This document shows, piece after piece, positions 33,614 to 44,338 of a stretch of DNA of 64,000 bases. Where the stretch lies: positions 1-64,000 of IMG/VR virus record IMGVR_UViG_3300032275_000001. The stretch is one strand, 5' to 3'. The notes beneath the pieces were generated by a model. The model did not search any database and was not told the DNA's origin. It saw nothing but the letters and a program-made list of their open reading frames with translations. The position numbers and the translations under genes were made by a program. Positions within the stretch are counted from its first letter, which is position 1. Every line of letters begins with the position of its first letter. Source of the stretch: a virus (taxonomy: Duplodnaviria; Caudoviricetes).

Positions 33614-34029
33614 TGGACTCGGAGGGATTCGAACCCTCGTGTTGCTTACTTCAAAAATACAATTTTATACAGCTTTACGTTTCTTTAAACTCTTTACGTT
33701 AGAAAGGTCAACTAATTAAAGAAGACTCCACCAGAGAGTTTTTTACGTATACTCACAAACTTCTATGGCAAATGTTATAGTCTGTAGCCAGTGTGTGACT
33801 TAATCTCCTAATTCTTAGGTTTAGGCAGCCTCAACTAATTCTCCGAATATAACATCAGATTTAACTTCAGTTCCACCATTTAAGATGTTATGAACTACAG
33901 TCATGTTAGCTTGTACTTGGGCATTCTCTTGTTGTTTGTCATTTAAAATGATTCACCTTAGTTTTATACAGTTATCTCTCTGTGCTGAATTGTATAATCT
34001 ATAATAACCAGTCAATTCCATTCGAGCCC
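33614..34029 (-). ncRNA. ssrA: tmRNA
   Basis: 5' GGGCUCGAAUGGAAUUGAC and 3' GAGGGUUCGAAUCCCUCCGAGUCCA. 7-bp acceptor stem with G3.U70, T-arm, and an internal tag ORF ending GCU GCC UAA. CCA is not encoded. Confidence 0.92.
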
Positions 34030-34333
34030 ATTATTATTAGCACCCAGTTTATATAGCTTGAATCTCTCAAGTACCATGCCTTATTAGGGTCTATATATAA
34101 ACTTAGGGTCACGTAGTTAATAAAAAAATGATAGGCTTATCAGAACCTTTTTTTAAAAATTAACTACTTGCTGAGAACTCATTACGTGAGTAGAGATAGT
34201 ATCCTATACTCTCTTTTAAATGACTATATTGCTTTCTCAAGGCAACTCACGTTTACATATTACTATGTATATCCAATTTTTATACAGGCTTTCAATGTTT
34301 AGTCCTGTTTTTCTAAAAATAACAATCTTTTTA

Positions 34334-34365
34334 TTTGTTCCTTTGAGAAACATTTATTATATTTG
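34334..34365 (+). promoter_or_regulatory. Bacteroidetes-type sigma70 promoter
   Basis: TTTG (34334-34337), 20-bp spacer, TATATTTG (34358-34365). Confidence 0.65.
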
Positions 34366-34872
34366 TATATGACTAAAGAAATCCTTAAACAAATGTTAGA
34401 TGATGGTTTAAATACTCAACAAATGGCTGAGATATTAAACTGTACAAGAAGAACTATAAGTAATGCTATTAATAGAAATAACTTAGAGTCTCCACGTAAT
34501 AAAAGTATTAGATTAAATGTTAAGCACTGTGCTGGATGTAAAAAAACATTAGACAGAAGCTTATTTTATACTAAATCTAATAAAAATAGTAGTTTATGTA
34601 AAAGTTGTATTGTTACAAACAATAAAACTAGTAGACAAACTGTAAAGCAACAATGTATAGAATACTTAGGTGGATGTTGTTCTAAATGTGGTTACAATAA
34701 ATGTAACGCTGCTTTAGAGTTTCATCATTTAGATCCAAGCCAAAAAGATAAAAATTATACTAATAATAGATTTTTAAATTTTGAAAAACTTAAACCTGAG
34801 TTAGATAAGTGTGTCCTTCTGTGTGCAAATTGCCATAGAGAAGAACATCACTCATCAACTACTGACATCTAA
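34363..34872 (+). CDS. HTH + HNH endonuclease, antisense to its neighbours
   Basis: CCSKCGYNKC..ALEFHHLDP...ELDKCVLLCANCHREEH with an N-terminal HTH. Likely ATG at 34369. Confidence 0.9.
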   Translation: MYMTKEILKQMLDDGLNTQQMAEILNCTRRTISNAINRNNLESPRNKSIRLNVKHCAGCKKTLDRSLFYTKSNKNSSLCKSCIVTNNKTSRQTVKQQCIEYLGGCCSKCGYNKCNAALEFHHLDPSQKDKNYTNNRFLNFEKLKPELDKCVLLCANCHREEHHSSTTDI

Positions 34873-35271
34873 CATACATTACTGCATGTATCTTTATGTA
34901 ATGTTTAATATTTACACCAACACAATTGTTGGGATTATTTCATTACAAAGCATCAATGTTTAGGCTTTTACCAACCTGTGTCTTTCTTGTAGCTTACCGA
35001 GTTATCAGTTACGGAGCTTGTACAAGAGCAGGGTTTCTGGTTTGCTGTCCTTACTATAAACCCTTTTTCGTATGTTACAGCCTAACAGTTAGCATTGGTA
35101 ATCTTTTGTATCATTCTAGTGAGTTTTAAACTGACTACAGTGATATGAAACATAAATGTATAATATAGGTAAGTTCAATGATACGCAGCACATACATTGA
35201 CTATTTAAACTGCTATGTGGCGTTTATAGTTCCCAGTGATTATACAATAATTGCAAATATAATAAATTATA

Positions 35272-38200
35272 TTAATAAATTGTTCCTGATGAATTAATAT
35301 TTAAACTAATATCACCCTCTGTTGTATTAGATAATATCTTTCTAACATATATATCAGGATTAGATAACACTGAGTTACATTTGTCGATTGCTGATTGAGC
35401 TTTATCCATTAATTCTTGCTTCATTTTATTGAAACCTAGTTCAAGTAATTGTGGAAGCTCAAGAGCACAATCACCCCATCTAGCAATTAAGAATCTATTT
35501 AAATTCCATGTATAGTCTTTCTCTTTATCAGTTGCTGATTTCCAGTTCCATCCTATTAATAAAGGATCAGGATCAACATCATTGTACCAAATGTGAAAGC
35601 CATCAAACATCTTATTGTCTTTAGCAAACTTATACACTTTCAACACTTCTAATGGAATAGTTGACTTATTATACTTATCAGCGTCCACCTTCATAGGACA
35701 AACAGCTTTTAGTTGCTTCTCCATAGCAAGGTTTAAGCTAACATATATATTAGGTACATTTTGTTCTTCAATATTTGATTGTGTACCAAACCCAAGCTCA
35801 AGTGCTAAGTCATTATACTCAGCTAATTGAACTTCATCTAAAATTAGAGATTCATTTTCTGGCTCTCTGTAAATTTTTACTTCCATAATTATTGATTAAT
35901 TGTTTGTCTTACATCAATTGTTTTTTGTCTTATAATACCTCTTCTAAAGGTATATATCACTTCTACTATTAGTCTCTTAGACAATATATGTCTGTAGGTA
36001 TTAGTTGAACCAACTAATGTTCCCTTGCTAATTCTAGGTCTCATGTTACAGTGTAATAATAAGCATTGTAACTGTACATACAGATAATACAAAACATACC
36101 CAGCACATTATATTCAAATCACGTTTATATATAGCTTTCTGTCTTTCTAAGATGTTTATTATATCATCTTTAATTTCTAATAATTTCTGTGTTTTTTCCT
36201 GATGTCCATCTACATCTTTTCTTATTTTATGTATTTGATTTAATAGTTGATCTATTGTCTTTAAATCTTTCTTCATTGTTATTTAGTTTTAAATTATTTC
36301 TTACCTAATATCATACCAATAAGAATTGGTAATATAATTGGACTACATATAAATGATGCAAAAGCATAAGCCTTTACATCATCTAATCTATCAAAAGTTT
36401 CTATTATCACACCTAGCATAACTAAGTATGATGCAATTATATATATTACTATCATAAGCCAATAAGTTCATCAAAACAGCTCTCTAACAAATATGTTAAA
36501 TCACGTCTCTCGTGTAACAATACATCAACTTGTTCTTCAATGATATGAATATTCGTATCATCGTGTGCATCTCTAAGACCATCTAAGAAACATATTTCAT
36601 TCTTGATGTCTTGTAATCTCTGTTCAATCTGTTCTGTTCTCATTATATTAAGTATTTTTTAAATTTTTCTGTTATTAATCGTATTTGTTCTCTAGCATAA
36701 ACATCTGCATCATAATCCATATATGCATCAACAAGATCTTTTATTTCATAAGCTCTATCTGTTACATAATGTACACCATGAGTAGAATTATTATAACTAT
36801 GAGCTGTGTCAAAGCCTATAATAAAGTATTCATTGTCTTTATCCCATTTAGATAATGTTATCTCTTCAGGACAATTATCAGGCTGTAGATAGTTTCCCCA
36901 ACCATCATCAGTTAATATTTTAACTAATATTGGATGGTCTTTGGGAATATGAACGTATCCACATCCCCAACCAGTTTTACATGATTTTTTATAATCTTCT
37001 TCGTACTCCACTGTACTAATATATGTCTCTATAATGTTATAATCCTTTATCTATTATTACTTCTATTAATACTAATCCAGAAAATAATAGAGCTAATATT
37101 ATAATTAGCCCTAATACAGCTTCTCTATGTTTCCATATATAAGCTAATTGTTGTTTAATATCTTTCATATCACTCTATGTGTATTCCAATATCTGTGCAT
37201 TCTTTGACATTTAGATGCACAACTTGTAGTTAATAATGATGTTACTAGCATTAATGCTATAATGTATTTTATTGAGTTCTTCATAATTACATGTATTTTG
37301 GATATTTATAACTGTGTGGTGAATGTGAAGCACAACTACTCATACTAAGTACAATAAGAAGTGCCATTGCTGTAATGGTGTACATTATTAATAATGTAAT
37401 GTAAGGATGTCTTTTCATGGCTAATTGCTATTAAAATGTTTATCAAGATCACATGCTATTATAACAGCTGGTATCCAACCAAATATTAACATAAGCATTA
37501 ATGTTGCACCATCTGTGTAACATTCACGTAGCGATAGCTCTGATAGAGCATATCCAATAAGACTCATAGAAGTCCATGTTGTAAGTAATGAAGCTATTAC
37601 AGCTAACATAAGTTTTGTTGATTTCATTTGTTTGTTATTAAGGGTTTGTTATTAAAATTTCCAATGTTCTTCAAAATCTGGTGTATAACCAGTATATCTG
37701 TCTACAAGAGGTCTAGACTTATCTATTAACCATCTCACCTTGTATCTACCAAGCTTGTCTTGTTTAATAGATTGTAGTGATCTATCACCAAGCATAGCTT
37801 TAAAGCCTTCAGCACTCTTGAGACTGTTGAAGACTCTTGTAGCATATTTTTGTTCTTTATTTTTCATAATTTAGTCAGTGTTATATAATCAGTCAACCCA
37901 GCATTACCTGTAATTGACTGACTAAAGTATTGTTATTAGTCAGTTATTTAAAAGAGCTCGTAGAAGAGCCCATTATTATTTATCTCCTATATTGGGAATG
38001 AATATATCTTCATCATTCTCCCAATCGTAATCTTCGTAATCATCCATAAATATATTAATTAAATTCAAATCCATATATATTACTAATAATACAATCTACA
38101 TCATTAGATAGAATAGATATTGATTTAGGACCAAGAGTTTTACCATTAGAAGCAAAACTAATCCATTTATCTATTATAGATTGTCTACCTGATAATAAAC

Positions 38201-38279
38201 CATCAGTAATATATTTAAGTTCATGTGATGCAATATGTTTTAGTACATCTTTGTATCCTTTGTCTTCATTTATTGTCAT
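35272..38279 (-). CDS. small early/accessory ORFs, several hydrophobic
   Basis: ORF track plus additional ORFs under 60 aa. Confidence 0.55.
37165..37284 (-). CDS. small putative lipoprotein (39 aa)
   Basis: MKNSIKYIIALMLVTSLLTTSCASKCQ...: basic N-terminus, hydrophobic core, lipobox-like TTSC. Confidence 0.55.
   Translation of the reverse strand: MKNSIKYIIALMLVTSLLTTSCASKCQRMHRYWNTHRVI
37287..37418 (-). CDS. small putative lipoprotein (43 aa)
   Basis: MKRHPYITLLIMYTITAMALLIVLSMSSCASH...: lipobox-like MSSC. Confidence 0.5.
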   Translation of the reverse strand: MKRHPYITLLIMYTITAMALLIVLSMSSCASHSPHSYKYPKYM

Positions 38280-38666
38280 AATGCTATATGTATTGATTAT
38301 GTTATTTGATTATTTAAGTTTATTATTAGGGCTTATTATATGGTTGATGAGTACACTACCACACATTCACACTCAAGCAGAATTATAAATTCTTACAAAA
38401 ATGAAGACAACATTCAATATTCTTATGTAATATTCTTACAAATAAGCTAAAAAAGTTTATTTCTCCCTCGTAAAAAGTTTTATTTCTTCCTACAAAATGT
38501 ATTCTACATATTTACTCCTATATATATAGGAGTGGTTATGTTATGTTGTTATGTTGTTTTTAATAACCCACACCAAACGATCAAGATCCCACCCATATAT
38601 ATAACGTTAGTCTTAACGTTGGGTAGAATGTTAAGCCTCCCATTGATTGAGAGGCTCGAGTTCTAT

Positions 38667-39065
38667 TTAGATTTGCGCTAACAATGCGTCAACATTAACT
38701 TGAGACAATCCTGCGCTCACTGCAGTTGATTTTACTGCTTGTGCTTTAAGAATGTCCACTGCGAAATCATCAGCATAATCATCAGCCAATGCTTGTGCAC
38801 TAGTGAATGCATCAATGATGTCAGTTCTTGTGAATGTGCTGTTAGTACCATCAGCATTAAGAATGACATTCTTGTCAGCATCAACATTGTTGTATGTGAA
38901 TGTGTTAACATTACAGTACAATGGGAATGTGATGTCCTCCGACTTGGTCCAACCATTTTCTACTAACACTGCCTTTGGGCAGAAGTAAGAATTTTTAGCT
39001 TTATCAACGAAGTAAGCATTACCTGCAGGCGTGAAGTTAGCCTTAACAATTTTAGGTGATTTCAT
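38667..39065 (-). CDS. hypothetical protein, first gene of the leftward arm
   Basis: 132-aa ORF followed by a hairpin (GCCTC...GAGGC). Confidence 0.7.
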   Translation of the reverse strand: MKSPKIVKANFTPAGNAYFVDKAKNSYFCPKAVLVENGWTKSEDITFPLYCNVNTFTYNNVDADKNVILNADGTNSTFTRTDIIDAFTSAQALADDYADDFAVDILKAQAVKSTAVSAGLSQVNVDALLAQI

Positions 39066-39402
39066 AATCTGTTCTGTTTTTAGTTGAGTGTTACGTTCAA
39101 TGGGGGACTACCCCCAACCACTCAAATTGTTGCGGGGGTCTTGGGTTGGAGTGGTCAACCTATCCACATACACAATGGGTTCTAAAATTTTGAAAAAAAA
39201 TTTGAAAAAAAGTTTGGTAGGTATGCAAAATATGTTTTACCTTTGGTGGGTGGGTGGGTTTGTCTATAAGAATAATTAATCATTTGTATAGCTAAATAGA
39301 TAAAATTATTCATAATATAGCTATGATATAAAAATATTTATTTATTATGTTCATTATATGTATTTATTATATATCTTTGTATGTAGAATATGAAACTAAA
39401 TT

Positions 39403-41765
39403 ATGGAACCAACAGTAACATTACAAAGACTAAAGAAAGTTGTACCAACTGATATACAACTAGCTGAGAAGTATTATTCTATTCTATCAGCTATAAACAA
39501 TCTTCATCTCACTGATAGAGAAATACAGCTTATATCTTTTACAGCTATTAAAGGAAACATTACATATGCTAATGTAAGGGAAGAGTTCTGCAAACTACAC
39601 AAGACAACAAGTCCTACAATTAACAACATCATCAGTAAGCTGAAGAAGGTTGGTATATTTATTAAGGAAGGTGGTAAGGTGAAGGTGAATCCAGTTATTG
39701 TTATTGATTTCACTAAAGATTTAACATTAGAAATAACACTTACACATGAATAAGCCAACAACAATGTCTGTGAAAGAGTTCATCATTAAAAGGATGGCTC
39801 TTAGTTTGGTAGTCTCTGAAAAGGTGATTGATCAAGTTGTACAACATCAGTTTGATTCTGCCAATGATGCTCTTAATTTAAATAACACTGTTGAGATATC
39901 AGGGTTTGGTAAGTTCTTTTTCAATACAAAGAAAGCAGAAGCACATTACAATAAGCTTCTAGCTATGAAGCAAGCATATGAGAATACATTAGCTGATGAA
40001 TCTATTACAGATAAAAAGAGATATGCTACAGAACAAAGAATGATTACAGTGTTGAAGGATATCAAAACATTAAAACCAAAGATGAAATGAGTCTATCACA
40101 AGTAATTGAAGGATGGAAGAATCATCTTCTCCCTGAAGAAAGAAATAAAGCTTTTATAGAATATACAAGCCAAACAAGAACTGCTATATGTGAACAATGT
40201 GATAAGCATTCTTCTAAGCACAAATCAGTGAGACCAGATGCACATTGCACAGAATGTGGATGTACACTCTCAGCAAAAACAAAATGTTTAACATGTGAAT
40301 GCCCATTAAAAAAATGGAAAGCCACAGAACTACCTACAATATGAACATACGTAAAATTCCTTTAGAGCCTCTTATGCAAATCCTAACAGATCTATTTGAT
40401 AATGGAGCTGATTTCATTGATATATCAGGGGAACAGAATGCAGAAGGTGATGCACCAAGAGACATGATAAAGATTTCAATTAAACCTGAATATATGATGG
40501 ATCATGATGACTCTGGTGATGAGAACATGATTGAGTTTATAGAAGAGGAAATAGAGATGGATTACACTGGTTCATTTGAAGAGAACACTAAACGTAGTAT
40601 TATAGATAATAAAACGTCCTTCTCTGATGAAGATATAAATAATTTAATATAGAAAGCTATGACAAAACCAAACTATCATAGAAAAATTATACAGCTGTTA
40701 GAACGTCTACACAAAGCACATCCTACATATAATATAGGAAGACATTTTGCAACAGCTCTTGATGGTTATCAAGATGTATGGGGAGTGTCTGACAAAGAAC
40801 TGCTATTCTCATTACAGAAATATGAAGCAAGCTTGAATATGGATAGAGATCATATAGATGAAGAAGAATTGGAAGAGATAATAAAGGATGGCATGAATTT
40901 GGAGAGAACATTGTTCGAAGAGGAGGAAGACTAATAACTAATATAATACCAACTACATTATGGAAGATCAAGATTTAAGATGGAATATGGATACAAGTTC
41001 ATTTGATACATGGTATCAAACTACATGGACAAAAGAAAACAAAACTGTTCCATATATTTTTAATGGAAAAACATTAGGAACATTTAGAAGAGCTTGTTAT
41101 GGAGATATGCAAGATAACATTAATAAATGCTATCAAAGAGATATTAAAGATCAATTTTTAAACAATCCTAATAACTATAAATCTACACATGTTGTATTTA
41201 AAGATAATTTTTGTTATGTAAAAGTAGGATATTCTAGCAATCAAATTAAAGCAGCCTTAACTATATTAGAAAATAAAAAAACTTTTACTGGTAAAGTAAA
41301 AAATAGTTATTTAAATGTATACTTATATTTATTAAAAGTAATAAAAAAAATAAAGTCTTTTAAAGAAAATAAAGAAGAAGAAGAATCAATGGCAGAATTT
41401 TTAGATTATAATTTTGTTAAAACTAAACAACTATGGCATTAAAGAAAACTACATATATTACAGCGGAGCTAGATTGGAGCGAAGAGCAACTAAAGTCTTG
41501 GAAACAATACGTTGATGCTAATCCTTTACATACATTAGAGGATAGAATCAAATGGAAAGAAACCAAAGCTGGTGGAGCTATGCCTATGGTGATTGCAAGC
41601 ATTGAAGCTCAAGGTAAGTTTGTACAAGAGACAATGAAGAACTACCTAGCTCTCTTAGAACAAGTTGAGAAACTACGTGAGAAAGAAGAAGCAAAGGTGG
41701 TGCCTGTAAGAGGTGGTGTTGAGCTTGGATCTATGGCTGAAGATTTCTTAAAGGGTAGGAAGTAA
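39403..41765 (+). CDS. pre-terminase cluster: HTH protein 39403-39753, HU/IHF-like 39746-40090, Cys-rich 40087-40344, acidic ORFs, AT-rich 40960-41442, conserved 41433-41765
   Basis: VEISGFGKF (HU/IHF signature); CEQC..CTECGC..K..C..CECP..KW; position as in crAss-like late modules. Confidence 0.65.
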
Positions 41766-43789
41766 TGGATGGCCTTCAAAGTATTGATTACAAAGACTGG
41801 TTTATCAACCAGAAGAGAGTTCCACAAAAAGACTCAGAAGAGTATAAGGAATTCTATGCTTTCCATAAACAACTATGTATGGATGGTTGTACAATGGGAG
41901 GAGTATATATCAATCCTTTTTTATATTGGCATTTAAACTTCTGGAATACAGAGGTAGACATTATAGATGAACGTGGTAGAATATCACAGAAATATGCTAA
42001 CCCATATCTACGTGATAACGAATGGGTTATTACAAATGAAATAGATAGAGCACAAATAGAAAAGAAAGGCCTGGTTATACTAGGCATTCGTCGTTTGGCT
42101 AAGTCAGTAATTGAGAGCAGTTATATAGGTTGGGGAGCTACATTTGATGAGAACTCCCAGAACATTATAGCAGGATTGAATGCTCCCGATATAAAGCTTA
42201 TCACAGATAAGATTGACAAAGGATTAAACTTTTTACCAGAAGCATGGAGATGGCAGAGAGTAGAAGACAATTGGAAAAACCAAGTTACTTTAGGGATCAA
42301 GACAAAAGCAGGAGAGCGAATCCCCTTTTCTCAGATCCTTATTCGTAACTTAGATGGTGGTAATAACGAGGAAGCAATTGCAGGTACTAAACCTAGAAAA
42401 TTAATTATTGATGAGATTGGTAAAGGAAGTTTTCTTAGAGGACTACAAGCTGCAACACCAGGTTTTACTACACCATATGGGTGGGGATGTAGCCCTATCC
42501 TTACAGGTACTGGAGGAGATATGCAGAACTTTATGGATGCTAAGTCTCTTATGTTCGATGTAGAAAATTTCAACTTCCTTACATACAATAACGCTAAAGA
42601 TGATCAGAGAGTACATGGGCTATTTATTTCCCATAAGTACAGAATGGAAGCTAAAGAAGAATCCTCATTAGGAGCCTACCTTGAACAACCTGCAGATTCT
42701 GAATTACACAATGTAAAAATGTTAGTCTCTAATTTAGAGAAAGCAGATAAGATTACAAATGATAACCTTGACAGATTAAAGAAAGCTGGTGATAGACTAG
42801 CTTATTTAAAAGAGAAGATGTATTACCCACAAGAAGTGGATGATATATTCTTGAATGAGGACACAAATATATTTGATATAGAAGCATCTAAACGTCAGAA
42901 AGCCAGACTGCTAGCACAAGAAAGAACAGGAACACCTGTTATTCTTTATGATGATGGACAAGGAGTTAAACATGAGTTTACAGATAAAATGCCTATATCA
43001 AACTTCCCTTTGAAGAATAGTGATAACAAAGAAGCTCCTGTAGTAATATATGAGTTTCCAATTGAAAGTCCTCCTTATGGATTATATGTAGCAGGGATTG
43101 ACCCTTATAGACAGGGAAAGTCTGCTTATTCAAGTTCATTAGGATCTGTATATATATACAAACGTATGCATGCTATTTCTGGAGAGAAGTATCAAGATAT
43201 GTTTGTAGCTAGTTATTGTGCTAGACCAGAGAAGAAAGAAACATGGGAAGAACAAGCACGCTACCTGATTAAATATTACAATGCAAGAGCTCTATGTGAG
43301 AATGACGAAATATCCTTTATAGATTACATGATAGCTAAAGGAGATGCTCATTACCTAGAAAGACAACCTGATTGGTTAAAGGAAATAGTTCCAAACACTA
43401 CCGTAAGAAGAGACTATGGAATACATAGATCTTCTGAGAAAATTAGAGACTTTTTACATGGCTGCCTTAAAAAATATTCAGAAGAAGTTATACATACAGA
43501 GAAAGATGAAGATGGAAACATTAAATCTGAAACAAAAGGTATGTCTAAAATATTTGATCCTGTTCTCCTCGAGGAGATGATACAATATAATGAGACAGGC
43601 AACTTTGATAGAATCATTGCAGCAGAACTAGCAATAGCTCTAGCAATGAAACTAGATCCCATAATGGGAAAAATAGGAGGAGAGCAAGATGTAAGAATGC
43701 AATCAATGTTCACTAAGAACAAAAAGAATACTCTGTTTACACAAAGCAGATCAATGTTTAACACACCAAAAAATAAATTGTTTAGATAA
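41765..43789 (+). CDS. terL: terminase large subunit
   Basis: RRLAKS, IIDEIGK, TGTGG, AGIDPY and NFDRIIA. Lies upstream of the portal. Confidence 0.9.
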   Translation: MDGLQSIDYKDWFINQKRVPQKDSEEYKEFYAFHKQLCMDGCTMGGVYINPFLYWHLNFWNTEVDIIDERGRISQKYANPYLRDNEWVITNEIDRAQIEKKGLVILGIRRLAKSVIESSYIGWGATFDENSQNIIAGLNAPDIKLITDKIDKGLNFLPEAWRWQRVEDNWKNQVTLGIKTKAGERIPFSQILIRNLDGGNNEEAIAGTKPRKLIIDEIGKGSFLRGLQAATPGFTTPYGWGCSPILTGTGGDMQNFMDAKSLMFDVENFNFLTYNNAKDDQRVHGLFISHKYRMEAKEESSLGAYLEQPADSELHNVKMLVSNLEKADKITNDNLDRLKKAGDRLAYLKEKMYYPQEVDDIFLNEDTNIFDIEASKRQKARLLAQERTGTPVILYDDGQGVKHEFTDKMPISNFPLKNSDNKEAPVVIYEFPIESPPYGLYVAGIDPYRQGKSAYSSSLGSVYIYKRMHAISGEKYQDMFVASYCARPEKKETWEEQARYLIKYYNARALCENDEISFIDYMIAKGDAHYLERQPDWLKEIVPNTTVRRDYGIHRSSEKIRDFLHGCLKKYSEEVIHTEKDEDGNIKSETKGMSKIFDPVLLEEMIQYNETGNFDRIIAAELAIALAMKLDPIMGKIGGEQDVRMQSMFTKNKKNTLFTQSRSMFNTPKNKLFR

Positions 43790-43790
43790 C

Positions 43791-44336
43791 ATGGCAGAAC
43801 ATAAATACAAAAATAAAGAATATAAGTCCAGAATAAACGGAAAACATACTATTCAATATAATGCTTGGAAAGCTATGTATCAAAGATGTAATGATAGTAA
43901 TTTACATTTAAAACATCCTTCATACAAAGATTGTTATATTTGTGATGAATGGTTAGATTTTCAAATCTTTGCAAAATGGTTTGATGAAAATTATATTGAA
44001 GGTTACCAATTAGATAAAGATTTATTAACTACTGGAAATAAATTATATTCACCAGCAACTTGTTGTTTTATCCCACAAGAAATAAATCTTTCTATTATAA
44101 AACCTCATACATCTAGAAATTTACCTTTAGGTGTGTATAAACACCATTATAAATTTGTAACACATATAAAAGAAAATAAAGTTAGTAAATATATAGGTAT
44201 TTTTAATTCAATTGAAAAAGCTTCTGATTGTTATATTAAAGAAAAACAAAAACAATTAAAAAAGTTGGCACAAAAATATAAAGATACTATTACATTAGAA
44301 ACTTATAACTCTTTATTAAACTATATAGTAAATTAA
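43791..44336 (+). CDS. free-standing HNH-like endonuclease with AP2-like C-terminus
   Basis: YNAWKAMYQRC...CDEWLDFQIFAKWF...LDKDLL..GNKLYSPATCCFIP, then LPLGV...YIGIF. Confidence 0.8.
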   Translation: MAEHKYKNKEYKSRINGKHTIQYNAWKAMYQRCNDSNLHLKHPSYKDCYICDEWLDFQIFAKWFDENYIEGYQLDKDLLTTGNKLYSPATCCFIPQEINLSIIKPHTSRNLPLGVYKHHYKFVTHIKENKVSKYIGIFNSIEKASDCYIKEKQKQLKKLAQKYKDTITLETYNSLLNYIVN

Positions 44337-44338
44337 TT

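Larger units (their letters stand above)
34150..35250 (-). ncRNA. candidate large structured ncRNA (ROOL/GOLLD-like), interrupted by an antisense HNH gene
   Basis: Many nested helices (UUAGGCU/AGCCUAA, AGGGUUU/AAACCCU, UCUUGUA/UACAAGA, ACGUGAGU/ACUCACGU) and a loop UGAGAA/UUCUCA pseudoknot. TATATTTG promoter at 35261-35254; adjacent to tmRNA. The family assignment is tentative. Confidence 0.55.

Noticed and set aside
34200-34260. A third group I intron, suggested by minus-strand AAUAUAGUCA (S-like)
   Set aside because: No matching R element (GACUA), no P/Q pair and no interrupted exon frames were found.
34363-34872. IscB/HEARO-type RNA-guided nuclease
   Set aside because: The protein is only about 167 aa, with HTH and HNH but no RuvC motifs, PLMP N-terminus or bridge helix, and the structured RNA is on the opposite strand.
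34926-35129. 67-aa plus-strand ORF
   Set aside because: TTG start and no motif. It lies antisense to the dense helices of the ncRNA candidate and is probably spurious.
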